Shown piece by piece: positions 62,306 to 64,000 of a DNA stretch of 64,000 nt. The notes beneath the pieces were generated by a model. The model saw only the letters and a program-made list of their open reading frames with translations, had not been told where the DNA came from and searched no databases. Source of the stretch: Felis catus (lineage: Eukaryota); NCBI RefSeq assembly GCF_018350175.1, contig NC_058368.1, positions 80,230,001 through 80,294,000 on the forward strand, read 5' to 3'. Within the stretch, counting starts at the first letter, position 1; every line of letters begins with the position of its first letter. A program made the position numbers and the translations under genes.

Positions 62306-63789
62306 GTAACGTAGAGAATTACCGAACTTCCCTCTTCTCATGGACCCGACTGAGCTCAGACGTCAGAAGACGAGCACTTTGATGGAGCGTCTGTCCAGTG
62401 TTCCGGTGCCTCTTGATGGAGTCATGGAGATGGTTTGGGGGAGGGAGGAGGAACTAGGCAGAGAGAGAGTAGCAAACCTTTAGGTTTTAACAACCAACTG
62501 GGATGGGATGCGTCTCTTGCTCTTGGGGCGTCAGCTTTTCACCCTGCAGCTGGGATCGCTCACGTGCGGGTGTCCCACTCTGCTCTGGAACAAGAGGCGT
62601 GGGGACAGACGCCTGCCATGGGAGGACAGCCACTGACTTGTTCTCCAGAGAGCCAAAAGAGCTAACGCTTGGACATTTGGGGCAGATAATCTAAGAGCCA
62701 GTCCTGCACAGTCGAACAGTAGTTCCAGGTGACACCCTATAAACGAGGGGCATTGGGGCGCTCCTGCTTCGGAGCCACCTGCACCAGCATGGGGGCATGC
62801 TGCCTGCCGGGTGGCATCATCCAGCCCTGGAGCCTTGACCTCTTGCTGAAAAGTTGGAGCAATCGTAGCTGAGGAGTGCCAGGCCCCTTGGGTCATGTGA
62901 GGCGAGAGGGAGACGGGAGGGGCGTCCCTGTGCGTACACAGTGGGTCTGCAGTGTGCTCTTGTCCTGAGATGGTGGCTGTCCACGCAGCGTGGGTGGGAC
63001 AGGGCCTGGGACAGCCTCTCTGCCACATGGTTTGTCTTCAGGAAGAGAGGCAAGTGAGGGTTCCTGCCGGAATAGGGTCAGAGTGTTTGGTGCCCCCGTG
63101 ACCCTCAGGATGATGGGATTCTTGACCTTTTGTGACCTACCAGTTCACCGCTGGCCCTGTGACAGAGTGGAGCTCACAACAGTCTCTCTGGCCTCTTTCT
63201 TCTTCTTTCGTGCTCCTTGACCCTGATTATCAAATTATGGCGAGCTTTCTTGCTCACGTGCTGTGGAGACATAGAGATGCCATTGGTGTGGATGGATTCA
63301 ACGTAACCTCAAAATTCCGGCTGCTGCTTTTAAGAGCTGTGGTCTGAGTGTGTGTGTCCCTCCAGTCTCACATGTTGGAATCCTGACACCCGCCCCTCCC
63401 CCCCCCCCCCCCCCCAAGGTGAGGTGTCAGGCGGCGTGGTCTGTGGCTCTGCCTGTTCTGGGCCTTTCCTAGCAGTTCAGTCTTAACACTACGTGGCATT
63501 TGTGACCAGCTGTGTTTACCCAGCATTTCGGGGTTCGTCTGTGTGCGCTGTGGCCCAGGGCTCCACTCCTTTCATTGCTGTTTGACGTTCCCTTGTGGAT
63601 GGACCACATTTTGTTTACCTGTCCATCACTTGATGGACGATTGGGTGGCTTCCACTTGGGCTGTTACGAGTAACGCCACCACGAATCTTTGTTACGGGTT
63701 TTGTGATCACTTTTGTTCACGTTTTGAGGAACTTGTGTTTGCTGCACAATTTTTGTTTTTGATTCTTGTTTTTTGCAGCACACTTTAAA

Positions 63790-63997
63790 TTATTTTTTAA
63801 TGTTTATTTATCTTTGAGGGACAGAGCGCAAGTGGGGGAGGGGCAGAGAGAGAGGGAGACACAGACTCCAAAGCAGGCTCCAGGCTCCCAGCTGTCAGCA
63901 CAGAGCCCAACGCGGGGCTGGAACCAACAGACCATGAGATCATGACCCGAGCCAAAGTCAGATGGACACTTAACCGACTGAGCCATTCAGGTGCCCC
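63790..63997 (-). mobile_element. CAN-SINE (NAXD intron 5)
   Basis: Reverse-complement body ending caggtgcccc. Confidence 0.9.
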
Positions 63998-64000
63998 TTG

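Overview
Mammalian genomic DNA, almost certainly from a cat or close felid: it carries about 45 tRNA-derived CAN-SINEs of feline type and a young feline-type L1 3' end. Two protein-coding genes lie head-to-head, about 26 kb apart. RAB20 is complete on the minus strand (2 coding exons, 234 aa, one 24.5-kb intron). NAXD/CARKD, the ATP-dependent NAD(P)HX dehydratase, is on the plus strand with exons 1a, 1b and 2-5 present; the gene continues beyond the window. This gene order matches human 13q34 (from memory). The rest is intronic or intergenic and full of SINEs, L1/MIR fragments, MaLR/ERV LTRs and MER DNA-transposon relics. I found no convincing novel protein-coding gene or new biological system, and almost all ORFs in the track are shadow or repeat ORFs. 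The best second-look items are: the in-frame tandem arrangement of the NAXD targeting exons, a minisatellite apparently born from a MIR tail, a G-rich array expanded inside a SINE, inverted SINEs around NAXD exon 3, solo LTRs next to both promoters, and a POU-motif cluster. Repeat family names come from recognition by eye and repeat boundaries are approximate.
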